Assembly (NCBI GenBank): GCA_045046875.1
Contig: JASFYY010000115.1
Span: 1-60,397, forward strand
DNA from: Verrucomicrobiota bacterium
GTDB lineage: Bacteria > Verrucomicrobiota > Verrucomicrobiia > Verrucomicrobiales > DEV007
Direction of reading: 5' to 3'
Length of the DNA stretch: 60,397 bases
This document shows, piece by piece, positions 36,244-46,900 of the stretch; within the stretch, counting starts at the first letter, position 1; the number at the start of each line of letters is the position of its first letter. Position numbers and translations under genes: made by a program. The notes beneath the pieces were generated by a model. That model ran no database searches, was not told the origin of the DNA, and saw only the letters and a list, made by a program, of their open reading frames with translations.

Positions 36244-37659
36244 ATGAAAATCATTCTAAAAACTATTATCTCCATTCTTTATCTCGGAACCGTCTCCTTG
36301 TTCGCCGAGGAAGCCCCTAACGTCATCCTGATCATGTGTGACGACCTCGGCTGGGGGGACGTCGGTTTTAATGGCGGCAAAACCATCAAAACTCCGCATC
36401 TCGACGAGATGGCTGCCAACAGCCTGAAACTTAATCGTTTTTACGCCGCTGCCCCTGTCTGCTCCCCCACCCGCGGCAGCGTGGTGACCGGACGCCACCC
36501 CTTCCGTTATGGGATTTATTTTGCCAATACCGGTCATCTGAAAAAAGAAGAGTTCACCCTCTACGAAGCGCTCAAAACAAAAGGCTACCGCACCGGACAT
36601 TTTGGCAAGTGGCACATGGGCACCCTGACCACCAAAGTCAAAGATGCCAATCGTGGCAAACCCGGGAATAACAAAGACTATTCCGCCCCTTGGCATCACG
36701 GAGTCGATACCAGTTTTGTCAGTGAGTCCAAAGTCCCCACCTACGACCCCATGCTCAAGCCCAGGGCAAAGAAAAAAAACAGCTGGTGGCCAGCGATAGA
36801 ACAAGGACAGGACTCTCAGGAATACGGTACCTGGTACTGGAGTGGAGAAGATCAAAAAGTCGAACCCAACACACTCAAAGGAGACGACTCCCAATTGATC
36901 ATGGATCGTACCCTGCCGTTCATCGAAAAAGCCAAGGCCGACAAAAAACCGTTTTTTGCCGTCGTCTGGTTCCATACCCCGCATCTGCCGGTCGTCGCTG
37001 ATGCGGCACACCGAAACCTTTATCCGGGCACCAGCGGCTACGAAGCCAACTATTACGGTTGTGTCAGCGCAATGGACGAACAGATCGGCCGGCTGAGGAA
37101 AAAACTGCGCGCTCTCGGAGTGGCAGAAAATACCCTGCTGGCATTCTGTAGCGATAATGGCCCCGAAGGCAAAAAAGGCAGCGCACCTGGATCAGCTGCC
37201 CATTTCCGCGGGCGCAAACGCAGCCTCTACGAAGGCGGAATTCGAGTACCTGCCTTGCTTGAGTGGCCGGCCAGGATAAGCGAAGCCCGTAGCAGTGACA
37301 TGGCTACCGGCACCGTCGATTATTTCCCTACCATCATGGCTGCTGTCGGCTTCAAACCCATCGATCCCGAGCGCCCCATGGACGGCGTGAGCCTGTTGCC
37401 ATTGATCGAAGGAAAAATGAGCGAACGTCCCCGCCCTTTAGGTTTCCAATCGTCAAAACAAATCGCACTGAGCGACAATCGTTACAAAATATACTCCGGC
37501 GACAAAGGCCGGACTTATGAACTTTACGACTTACTCAAAGACCCTTCGGAAACCACCAATCTGGCAAAACAAAAACCTGCAATTGTAGGAAAAATGGCTC
37601 GGCAGCTTCAAGCCTGGATCGCTTCTTGCAAGAACAGCGATGAGGGCAAAGACTATTGA
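36244..37659 (+). CDS. Cys-type sulfatase (arylsulfatase A-like)
   Basis: PNVILIMCDDLG, CSPTRGSVVTGR, GKWHMG, SDNGP, KRSLYEGGIRVP; signal peptide. Confidence 0.93.
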   Translation: MKIILKTIISILYLGTVSLFAEEAPNVILIMCDDLGWGDVGFNGGKTIKTPHLDEMAANSLKLNRFYAAAPVCSPTRGSVVTGRHPFRYGIYFANTGHLKKEEFTLYEALKTKGYRTGHFGKWHMGTLTTKVKDANRGKPGNNKDYSAPWHHGVDTSFVSESKVPTYDPMLKPRAKKKNSWWPAIEQGQDSQEYGTWYWSGEDQKVEPNTLKGDDSQLIMDRTLPFIEKAKADKKPFFAVVWFHTPHLPVVADAAHRNLYPGTSGYEANYYGCVSAMDEQIGRLRKKLRALGVAENTLLAFCSDNGPEGKKGSAPGSAAHFRGRKRSLYEGGIRVPALLEWPARISEARSSDMATGTVDYFPTIMAAVGFKPIDPERPMDGVSLLPLIEGKMSERPRPLGFQSSKQIALSDNRYKIYSGDKGRTYELYDLLKDPSETTNLAKQKPAIVGKMARQLQAWIASCKNSDEGKDY

Positions 37660-37674
37660 TCCGCACCTTCTCTT

Positions 37675-38442
37675 TCACTTCCTCCGGGAGTACAGTGCAC
37701 GGTAACTCTTAGGAGTAAGCCCAATATGCAACTGAAACTGCCGGGTAAGGTAACTTTGATCACAGAAACCGCAATTCTGGGCGATCGCCGCGATCTCCTC
37801 ATCACTGCTGGAAAGTTGCTGGCAGGCTACCTGTACCCTGGTTTTCAGAATAAACTTCAGCGGGGACAACTTGAAGGTTCGGGTGAAGGTTTCCCGAAAC
37901 CTGCTCACTGAAAGATTGCTCATCGCCGCCAATTTTTTTATGCTGATAGGTTGATCATAATTCTTTTTGATATGATCCATCGCCTGCGCATGACGCCGAT
38001 AGGGTTCGGGCACCATGTCGGCATGCTGCAAAACACGGGTTGTTCCCATCAGCCCCGCAACTGAGCCGTCCTTTTTCAACAGCGGCAACTTGTTGGTCGA
38101 TACCCAGACCAGCAAGCCATTCTCGTCCACAATCAACTCGATCCGATTAATGATTTCCCGCCCCTGCTCCATCACCGAGATATCATCCTGGTGAATCGGC
38201 TGCGCGAGTTTTTCAGGGAAAAAATCATACTCTGACTTGCCAATAACCTCAGCCTTCTCTTTTAAGCCGAACAACTTTAATGAAATCTGATTGCACATAA
38301 CCAGTTTGTAGTGCTCATCCTTCACAAAAAAATAAATGTCAGGTAGATAGTCGAAGAGTTGCTCGAAACTCCCCCCTCCAGCCAGCGTAAGCTTGAAGCG
38401 ATTCACAGCTGTCCGATACTTCAATCCTGTCTGCGTATTCAT
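37675..38442 (-). CDS. AraC-family transcriptional regulator with N-terminal PAS domain
   Basis: PAS-like N-terminus (YFFVKD...IGKSEYDFFP) and C-terminal AraC HTH (IAQNCGFCDQSYLTRQF..G.TP..YR). Confidence 0.92.
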   Translation of the reverse strand: MNTQTGLKYRTAVNRFKLTLAGGGSFEQLFDYLPDIYFFVKDEHYKLVMCNQISLKLFGLKEKAEVIGKSEYDFFPEKLAQPIHQDDISVMEQGREIINRIELIVDENGLLVWVSTNKLPLLKKDGSVAGLMGTTRVLQHADMVPEPYRRHAQAMDHIKKNYDQPISIKKLAAMSNLSVSRFRETFTRTFKLSPLKFILKTRVQVACQQLSSSDEEIAAIAQNCGFCDQSYLTRQFQLHIGLTPKSYRALYSRRK

Positions 38443-38593
38443 GCTTTATTATACAAAATCTGCCAGTAATTACTCATTTATAAACAATTGATCTAAATTA
38501 GCAGGCTTTTTGTTATAAAATTCAAGCGGATTATTCAAGATTCCCAAACCCTTGCCGTGTAATTTGAGAAACTGTAAACATCTACCTTGTCCT

Positions 38594-39451
38594 ATGAACG
38601 ACCATCACAAAATCAAAGTGGGCTGCTTTGCCCTGATCGATCCCTTCTGCCCCCTCGACCACCAACTGAAACGCATTGCGGACATGGGTTTCCACTGTGC
38701 GGACATCACCGACTCCCACTCGGGCGGCCTGCTCAGCAGCGGCATTTTCCACGCAGCCGTCAGCCTGGACGACAATCCCTTCGACGTGAAGCGACAATTT
38801 GATAAATACGGTCTCGAGATCAGCTCCATGGCCGCCCACGCCCACCTGCTCGATCCTTCCACTCCGGCCAGATACGGCAACACTGAGATATTCAAGGCAG
38901 TCAAGCTCGCCGCCACCATAGACGTGAAATTTATCGTTACCACCGAGTTGGAACCGGAAACCGAGTGGGGTAAAAAGCTCGCTTATGACCATCAGGTCAT
39001 CATCGTCGCTGAAAAACTCTACGAACCATTGCGCCTGGCACAGGATCTCGGCGTCAAAATTCTACTCGAACCTCACGGCCCGCTCACCGGCAGCATCCAG
39101 GGCATCAAGGACATCATGGCGGCCCTCGACAACCATCCTGCCCTCGGCGTCAACCTCGACACCGGCAACTCCTGGCTCGGCGGTGCTGATCCAGTGGCCA
39201 TGGCCAAAGAGTTCAAGGACGTCATCGGCCATATCCACTGGAAGGATCTCGGTGAGGAAATGGAGGAACAACGTGGCACCCTGCATGGCTGCGGTTTCTC
39301 GACCATCGCCCTCGGTGAGGGCGTCATCGATGTCGCCGGAGTCTGCGAGGTTCTCAAGGATGCGGGCATCGAAGCCAGCACTTTTGAAATCATCGGCGAG
39401 GAAAACCTCAAGAAAAGCCACGAGTTTCTCAAACAGCAGGGCATCGCCTGA
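38594..39451 (+). CDS. Sugar phosphate isomerase/epimerase (xylose-isomerase-like TIM barrel)
   Basis: Metal-ligand pattern LLEPH, NLDTGN, HIHWKD, LGEGVID, TFE. Divergent from the AraC gene. Start at ATG 38594. Confidence 0.88.
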   Translation: MNDHHKIKVGCFALIDPFCPLDHQLKRIADMGFHCADITDSHSGGLLSSGIFHAAVSLDDNPFDVKRQFDKYGLEISSMAAHAHLLDPSTPARYGNTEIFKAVKLAATIDVKFIVTTELEPETEWGKKLAYDHQVIIVAEKLYEPLRLAQDLGVKILLEPHGPLTGSIQGIKDIMAALDNHPALGVNLDTGNSWLGGADPVAMAKEFKDVIGHIHWKDLGEEMEEQRGTLHGCGFSTIALGEGVIDVAGVCEVLKDAGIEASTFEIIGEENLKKSHEFLKQQGIA

Positions 39452-39489
39452 TTGCCCGTTCCCAAACGTCATCCATACCCCCTGATGAA

Positions 39490-42400
39490 ATGATCATTAA
39501 TAGAGTTAGTTTTTTGTTTATATTATTATCCTTTTCCCCTCTGCTCTTATCCGCAGAGGACGCAATCACCTACCCGGGAGGTGCTGGCCCGGGCTCGGGT
39601 AAACATATCGTTCTCATCAGTGGTGATGAAGAATACCGCTCGGAGGAGTCCCTGCCCATGCTCGGGAAAATCCTCTCCCGGCGTCACGGCTTCAAATGCA
39701 CCATACTCTTTGCGATCAACAAAAAAACCGGGGAGATCGACCCCAACACCCTCGACAACGTCCCCGGCCTCCAAGCCCTGGAGAGTGTCGACCTGATGCT
39801 CGTCAACACTCGCTTCCGCGACCTGCCCGACGAGCAGATGAAATTCATCCACGCCTACCTCCAGTCAGGCAAACCGGTCATCGGCATCCGTCCCGCCCTC
39901 GTCGGCTTCCGCCACAAAAACAAGGGCAAGGGCCTGTTCGACCAATACAGCTGTGACAACAAACTCAAAGGCGGCTTCGGTCTCAATGTCCTCGGTGCCG
40001 ACTGGATTTCCCACCATGGGAAGCATGGCTCGGAAAGTACCCGCGGCATCCCTAATGCTGACAAAAAGAATCACCCCATCCTGCGTGGAGTCGATATCAT
40101 GTGGGGATCCACCGATGTCTACACCGTCCACACTCCGATCAAGGATCTGGACGCCGTTCTCGTCCACGGCCAGGTGCTCGATGGTATGAACCCCTCCGAC
40201 CCGCCCTCGGATAAACAACAAATGCCGCTGGCCTGGACCAGAAGCTATTCCACCCCTAAGGGCAAGGCACGCGTCTTCACCAGCACCATGGGGGATGCAC
40301 GGGATTTTCTCGACGAGAACTTCCGTCGCCTGATCGTCAATGCCTGCTTCTGGGCTGTCGGTCTCGAGGAAAAAATCCCATCGCTCAGCAATGTCGATCT
40401 GGTCGGCCCCTACAACCCCTCTCCCTTCGGGTTCAAACGCTTCGTCAAGGGACGACGCCCAAGTGACCACGCCATTCATGCCTCCACCAAGCTCCTGTTC
40501 AAAAGCGGCGAGCGCATCTGCTTCCTCGGCAACACGCTCGCCGACAGGATGCAACACCACGGCTGGACGGAAACCCTCCTCCAGGCCCGTCATCCGAATA
40601 AAAATCTCGTATTCAGAAACCTCGGTTTCGCCGCCGACGAACTCAACACCCGCCCGCGCTCGCTGGATTTCGGTTCGCCCGATTCCCACCTCCGCCACTC
40701 CAGAGCGGATACCATTTTCGCCTTCTTCGGATACAACGAATCCTTCAATGGGGAAGAGGGCCTTGCCTCTTTCAAACAACAACTTACCACTTTCATCGAC
40801 CACAGCCGCAACCAGAAATACAACGGTGTATCTGCCCCGCGCCTGGTTCTTTTCTCTCCCATTGCCCACGAAAACCTCAACGACCCCAACCTGCCGGACG
40901 GTAAGGAAAACAACCGCCGCCTCGCCCTCTACTCCCGGGCAATGGCCGGAGTCGCTGCTGAAAAAGGCGTCTTGTTCATCGATCTTTTTTCGCCCACCAA
41001 AAAACTCTATGCTGACCACTCAGAACCCCTGACCATCAACGGCATTCACCTCAATCAACAAGGCTACCAACTCCTCTCACAGATCATCGACCGTGCCCTC
41101 GCCGACGATACGAAGCACACCAACCCGCGCCAATTGGAAAAAATTCGCCAAGCCGTGCTTGCCAAAAACCTTCGCTGGTTCAATCGCTACCGCACCACTG
41201 ATGGCTACAGCACCTATGGAAAGCGCGCCTACCTCAAATTCGTCGATGACCAGACCAATAAAGACGTCATGGATCGCGAACTCGAAATCATCGACGTCAT
41301 GACCGCCAACCGCGACAGGCACATCTGGAGCCTCGCTCAAGGGCACGACAACCCTGTCGATGACAGCAATCTCCCCTCACCTCTCACAGTAAAGACCAAT
41401 TTCGGTAAGTACCGGGCCAGCGGCAAAGTCGTTACCGATCAAAAACTCGAATACCTCGATGGTGAGCAAGCCATCGGCAAGATGAAGATCGCCAAAGGCA
41501 TGGAGATCAAGCTCTTTGCCTCGGAGAAGGAATTCCCCGAACTCGTCAACCCCGTGCAGATGTCCTTCGACACCGATGGTCGCCTGTGGGTCGCCGCCTG
41601 GCACACCTATCCCCACTGGGATCCACTCAAAGAACTCAACGACAAACTCCTCATCTTCCCAGATGAAGACGGCGACGGCAAAGCGGATCGCTGTATCGTT
41701 TTTGCCGACGGACTGCACAACCCCACCGGCTTCGAATTCTGGAACGGCGGCGTCATCGTCGCCTGCCAGCCCGAAATCCTCTTCCTCAAGGACACGGATG
41801 GCGACAACAAGGCCGACATCAAAATCCACCTCGTCAGCGGCATCGACTCTGCCGACACCCATTGCGGGGCCAACAGTTTTGTCTACGGCCCCGACGGCTA
41901 TATGTATTTCTCCGAGGGCATCTTCCACTTCACCAATATCGAAACTCCCTGGGGCAAACCGCTGCGCACCAAGGCACCGATGCTTTACCGCTTCAACCCG
42001 CGCACCTACAAAATCGAGGAACACTTCGTCATCAGCCCGAACCCACACGGCATTGTCATCGATTCCTGGGGCCGCCTCTACGCCACCGATGCCACCACTG
42101 GCCGGGGATACTATGTCGGCTACCCCAAAGCGGGCACCCCGCATGAACTGTACAAAAAAAGAGTGCGCCCGGTGGCTGGCTTCGGTCGCATCTCCGGCAC
42201 CCACTTCCCTCCTGAAAACCGCGGCAACCTTCTCATCTGCAACACCATCGGCTTCCTTGGCATTCTCCAGCATAAAGTGATCATCAATGGCGCTGACATC
42301 CACAGTGAAGAGGTCGAACCCATTGTCGTCTCCACCGACACCAACTTCCGTCCCGTCGATGTCGAAATCGGTGCTGACGGCGCGATGTATTTTCTCGACT

Positions 42401-43941
42401 GGCAAAACGCCCTCATCGGCCACATGCAACACAACCTGCGCGATCCCAGCCGAGACCACAACCATGGCCGCATCTATCGGATCACCGCAACAGACCGCCC
42501 CTTGCTCAAAGTCGTAAAAATGAGTGAAAAATCCATCCCGGAACTCATCACCCTCCTCGCCTCACCGGAATTCAGCAATCGTTACCTCGCCCGCATTGAG
42601 CTCAGCGGACGCGACAGCGACCGGGTGCTGGCAGCCGCACAGAAATGGGCCACCCCACTCGATGCCTCCCAGGAAAAAAATGCCCACCACCTCACCGAAG
42701 CCCTCTGGCTGCACCAACAGCACAACCGCGTCAACCGTGACCTGCTGCTCAAAGTCCTCCAGTCACCTAGCCCGGAAGCACGCGCCGCCGCCACCCGCAC
42801 CCTCGGACAATGGGGCGGGCAAATCGAGGACGGCACCAGGATCCTCCAACAGCTGGCCGCCGATCCCTCGACGCAAGTCCGTGCAGAGGTGGTCGTCGCC
42901 GCCGCATCCTTCCCAGGCCTCGATGCCGCCGAGATTGTTTTTATCGCCAGTCAACAGCCCCAGGATCCCCAGCTTGTTTTTAACATCAAGCAAAGCCGCC
43001 AAGTCATCGACCCCTACTGGCGCACCGCTCTCAAAGAGGGCAAAACCCTCTCCAAAGCCGGTCAGAAATTTGTTGCCAAGCTCGGCCAGACTGATGAAAC
43101 CTTTGGTGATGAAGCCATCGAAAACTTCAGCCAGGACTCCCGGGCCAACCTCCTCCACCTCTACCTTGAGTCTCCACCGCGAAAAAAAGGTGAGCTAAGC
43201 GGTATCACCTACACCAGCAAAGCCCGGGCCAGCAAAACCTTCACCGTTTACCAGCTCCGACCCAGCGACAAAAGCAAACACCGGGTGGTCAATGCCGCGT
43301 CTTACACCGCCGACGGCAAGCAGGGTTCGAAAACCATCAAATTCGAGCAGCCCTGGCAAGTGGAACCCGGCGATCTCTTCGCCCACTCAGGCAACGGTGG
43401 CCCCGCCTATCAGATCGCCCCTGCGGGTCGACGTGACCTGCTCTACTACCCCGTTGACAAGCTCCCCGCAAAAGGCCAGTCCTATGAACTGGGCCAACTC
43501 AAGGCTTACCCGCAAAAACGCTATTATGCCTTGCGCTTCCTGATGGCCAAGCCCGATGACCTCAAGGCGGACGTGGTGATCAAAACCATACCTGAACAAC
43601 TGAGATACGACCTCAAGGAATTCACCGTCAAGGCGGGCAAGCCTTTCGTGCTGCGCTTCGAGAACCCGGACAACATGCCACACAACATTGTCTTCACACT
43701 GATCGGCGCCAAAGACGAGATCGGTCTGCTCGCCGATCAAATGGCCGCCGATCCGGAAGCCGCGAAAAGAGCTTACCTGCCGGATTCCCCCAAAGTGCTT
43801 TTCGCCACCCCGCTCATTGATGACCATGCGCAGATCACTCTCGAGTTCACCGCCCCAAAAAAACCCGGTGACTACCCCTTCCTCTGCACTTTTCCAGGTC
43901 ACTGGAGAATCATGCAAGGTATCATGAAAGTCGTTGATTGA
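39490..43941 (+). CDS. Large exported multidomain protein: ThuA-like + SGNH-like + PVC-type dehydrogenase beta-propeller + HEAT + unknown domain + C-terminal azurin/auracyanin-like cupredoxin
   Basis: GDEEYRSEES (ThuA-like); FLGNTLA..GYNES..NGIHLN (SGNH-like); FASE..NPVQMSFDTDGRLWV...FRPVD...DW...GRIYRI (propeller); NPDNMPHN...YPFLCTFPGHWRIM (type 1 copper site). Confidence 0.88.
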   Translation: MIINRVSFLFILLSFSPLLLSAEDAITYPGGAGPGSGKHIVLISGDEEYRSEESLPMLGKILSRRHGFKCTILFAINKKTGEIDPNTLDNVPGLQALESVDLMLVNTRFRDLPDEQMKFIHAYLQSGKPVIGIRPALVGFRHKNKGKGLFDQYSCDNKLKGGFGLNVLGADWISHHGKHGSESTRGIPNADKKNHPILRGVDIMWGSTDVYTVHTPIKDLDAVLVHGQVLDGMNPSDPPSDKQQMPLAWTRSYSTPKGKARVFTSTMGDARDFLDENFRRLIVNACFWAVGLEEKIPSLSNVDLVGPYNPSPFGFKRFVKGRRPSDHAIHASTKLLFKSGERICFLGNTLADRMQHHGWTETLLQARHPNKNLVFRNLGFAADELNTRPRSLDFGSPDSHLRHSRADTIFAFFGYNESFNGEEGLASFKQQLTTFIDHSRNQKYNGVSAPRLVLFSPIAHENLNDPNLPDGKENNRRLALYSRAMAGVAAEKGVLFIDLFSPTKKLYADHSEPLTINGIHLNQQGYQLLSQIIDRALADDTKHTNPRQLEKIRQAVLAKNLRWFNRYRTTDGYSTYGKRAYLKFVDDQTNKDVMDRELEIIDVMTANRDRHIWSLAQGHDNPVDDSNLPSPLTVKTNFGKYRASGKVVTDQKLEYLDGEQAIGKMKIAKGMEIKLFASEKEFPELVNPVQMSFDTDGRLWVAAWHTYPHWDPLKELNDKLLIFPDEDGDGKADRCIVFADGLHNPTGFEFWNGGVIVACQPEILFLKDTDGDNKADIKIHLVSGIDSADTHCGANSFVYGPDGYMYFSEGIFHFTNIETPWGKPLRTKAPMLYRFNPRTYKIEEHFVISPNPHGIVIDSWGRLYATDATTGRGYYVGYPKAGTPHELYKKRVRPVAGFGRISGTHFPPENRGNLLICNTIGFLGILQHKVIINGADIHSEEVEPIVVSTDTNFRPVDVEIGADGAMYFLDWQNALIGHMQHNLRDPSRDHNHGRIYRITATDRPLLKVVKMSEKSIPELITLLASPEFSNRYLARIELSGRDSDRVLAAAQKWATPLDASQEKNAHHLTEALWLHQQHNRVNRDLLLKVLQSPSPEARAAATRTLGQWGGQIEDGTRILQQLAADPSTQVRAEVVVAAASFPGLDAAEIVFIASQQPQDPQLVFNIKQSRQVIDPYWRTALKEGKTLSKAGQKFVAKLGQTDETFGDEAIENFSQDSRANLLHLYLESPPRKKGELSGITYTSKARASKTFTVYQLRPSDKSKHRVVNAASYTADGKQGSKTIKFEQPWQVEPGDLFAHSGNGGPAYQIAPAGRRDLLYYPVDKLPAKGQSYELGQLKAYPQKRYYALRFLMAKPDDLKADVVIKTIPEQLRYDLKEFTVKAGKPFVLRFENPDNMPHNIVFTLIGAKDEIGLLADQMAADPEAAKRAYLPDSPKVLFATPLIDDHAQITLEFTAPKKPGDYPFLCTFPGHWRIMQGIMKVVD

Positions 43942-43972
43942 TCTTCATGAAGTCTGCTGCTTCAAGTCGGAT

Positions 43973-46900
43973 TCACTTCCTGAATAATCTACTAAAAAAA
44001 CCCTTTTTCTTTTCCTTCTTAGGCGCTGCACTCTCTTTTTTTGGCTTTTCCGGTTGAGGACTTTCCCCGGCACAAGGGCAGATATCACTGCCGTCCTGCG
44101 GCAGCCTTTCATTGACGATGAACTTTACTGGGAACAGAACAGTATTAGCCGCAATCCGTCCGGCAGCTCTCACTGCGGTAAATGACCCGGTTTCCACTTT
44201 AGGATGATTGAGGCTGCCCTTCACCCCGATCGGCAATTCCATGCTGAATAGCTGGGGACTTTTTGGGTAAGGCGTCAGTATCAAGTCATACTCATCTCTC
44301 ACCAGATCAATCTTGCCCTCACCTCCCACCCGCAGTCGGGTGGTATCCAAAGCCAACATCTCTGGTAGGATCACACCATTTTCAAGGCTCAAGTGAGCAA
44401 TCAAACAGTTGATCTTGGATTTATTGGTCAAACCCAGATTAGGCAGAACGGCAAAAATGAGATTGGTGGCCCATATATCGAGGGCATCGGCATCCAGGTT
44501 GCGCGGACAAACCGTAAGATCAAGTTTGCCACTAGCCTCCTTCAGTTGAGGCCGCCCGAACGGTACATTACTAGCTGATAAATCTGCGTCCACATTCGCC
44601 AGCGCACTAAGCTTAGATTCAGGCTTCGCTCTACGCGCAAGAACTCCCAATTCAAAATCCTTAGCCTCCAGGTGCACTTTCCAATCCACTTGCCCGTTGG
44701 ATTTTGGGTGAAATAACAAGTTGCCATTTAAAAAACCCCCGGGTACGCCCAGTTTAAGCGGTTCGATTTTCAAACGTGAATCCTTTAACTCCGCAACCAA
44801 ATTCCCCTTACTCAGTCGATCCTTACCCGATAATACAATGCCAACATCCAGCTTGAGCGACAGGTCCAAACGGCTCAAAACCTGGTGACTGAATACACTG
44901 GGTAAAACTGTGTTTTTCTCAATAGGTCCTTTCCTCTTTGATTTGGCAGAGGTTGATTTTTTTCCATCAGATGCCCAATGTTCAAAAGTGAAGTCATCAA
45001 GTTGCAAGGTTTTGGCATTCAAATCTAACGCTAAAGTCGGACGTTTACCCCGTTTTTCATAGCTGCCGGAACCTTCCACTTTCGAGCTACCCACCTGCAA
45101 GGCCACTTGCTGAAATTTCAACACTGCACCTGTTTTGATAAATACCCCCTCGGCAGAATAGGGTCCCATCGGCGGCAGATCCATCTCGTAAACCGAATCC
45201 AACTTGTCTAAACGCTCCCCTTTTACTGAAAAAACAAATTTAGCATCCCCGGTTTCCGACTTCTCTCCCTTTTGATTCTCAAGATGAAACTCAAGATCCG
45301 CAACTTTGCCCTCCAAACGATGGAAATAAGTCCTCGCTCCCTTTCCCAAAAATTCCGATTCATAAGCTAGAGCTATTTTAAACGGTGCGTCTCCCACGCC
45401 CCCGGTTAGCTGCATTTTTCCGAGTTCACTGCCTTTGCGAACCATGGTTCCCTTGCTAACAAAAAAGTTCCATTCGCTGTTGTCTCCAAAATAGGTCATT
45501 TTTGCTCCATCGACCTCGACCGCCACCCGCCTTTCAAACCAGGCATCCACCAAAGTCCGGCCAAGCCCCTCTACCTTATAACGCATCTTCTCGAAGCTGC
45601 CCCTGAATCGATCACTCTTAGCATAATAAGCAATCAAATTGGAAATTTCTGCTCGTTCACTCTTCAGATCAAGATCAAAAGAAATATCACCATCAGTCCG
45701 CTCTCTTTTTAAAGCCAGACGCCCTCTTAATGGTGTTCCAGCGAACTCGACTTTTACCTCGGCCAGCGCTTTCCCTTTTTCAACACTGAGTTCCAGATCA
45801 ATATTTTTAACAGCAACTTTTTTGGATATCCCCCTCACTTCTCCTACTTGCAACCGCAAGTGCCCCACCAATGGCAATAAATCCTTCGGTATTTTTTTTA
45901 GATTCTTCCTCAATTCAGCCTCTGCCTGCTGACCATCGACTCCTTCTTCTTCTTCACCAATTTTCTCTCCCTCGTCTTTTCTCTTAAACAGCTTCAAGTT
46001 AATCGCACTGCTTTTGAGTTCACCTTCGATCCGTGGGACATCTCCTGAAAGATCCAGTTTAATAGAGGCTGACACTTTTCCTTTGCCTATAGACCCAATT
46101 ACTTCAGGTACCGAATAATTGTATTTGGAAGTGCGTCTTGCTTCACCCGATAAGTGAATCGAACCAAAATCAGGAAGCTCTCCAGTAATCGGCACCAGTT
46201 GACTCAACTTAGGTATATCCAGCTCTACCCGCAGCAAGCCTGGAGGGTTAAACCCCTTTGCTGCAAACTGCCCATCCAAGTGAAACGAACTGTCCCCCAG
46301 CTTACCGGCCAACTCAATCGGCCACGCTTGTATTCTGGCACGCAAACTTGTCAACGTGCCGCCTTTCACTTTTCCATTAAAAGGCAAATTGAGAAAAGTC
46401 CCATCGATAATAAATTCTACTGGAAGCCCAAGTTTGGCAGAGCCCGTCAAGTGATCAAGTTCGAATACGCTTTGCTCAGACTGCTCAGCGTCCCGATAAC
46501 TCACCTTGATGTCCTCAATAGTGATCCCGCCCAGCTCCATGAAATCCAAGTCAAGACCCTCAAGCTTATCATTCTGCTTTGCTCCGGAAGCATGAGCTGC
46601 TCCCTTAGCTTGATCTCCTTTAATCTCGGCAAAACCCTCCCAATTCCCATTACCTGCAGCATTGCGCTCGAGAGAAAGAGTCAGACCTGCGATTCTAACA
46701 TCGTCAATGTTGATCTCCCGGTTAAAAAGCTCAAGCAAATTAACACTCGTTTCGAAATGCTCCAAATAAGCAAAACTCTGCGAACTTTCCCATCCCACCG
46801 GATTTTCCACTCTGACCTTTTCTACCCGAACAGCGGGAATCAATCCGGTGACAAAAAGGATATCTCCCTCGATAGCGACGTCACGACCTAGAGCCGCGGT

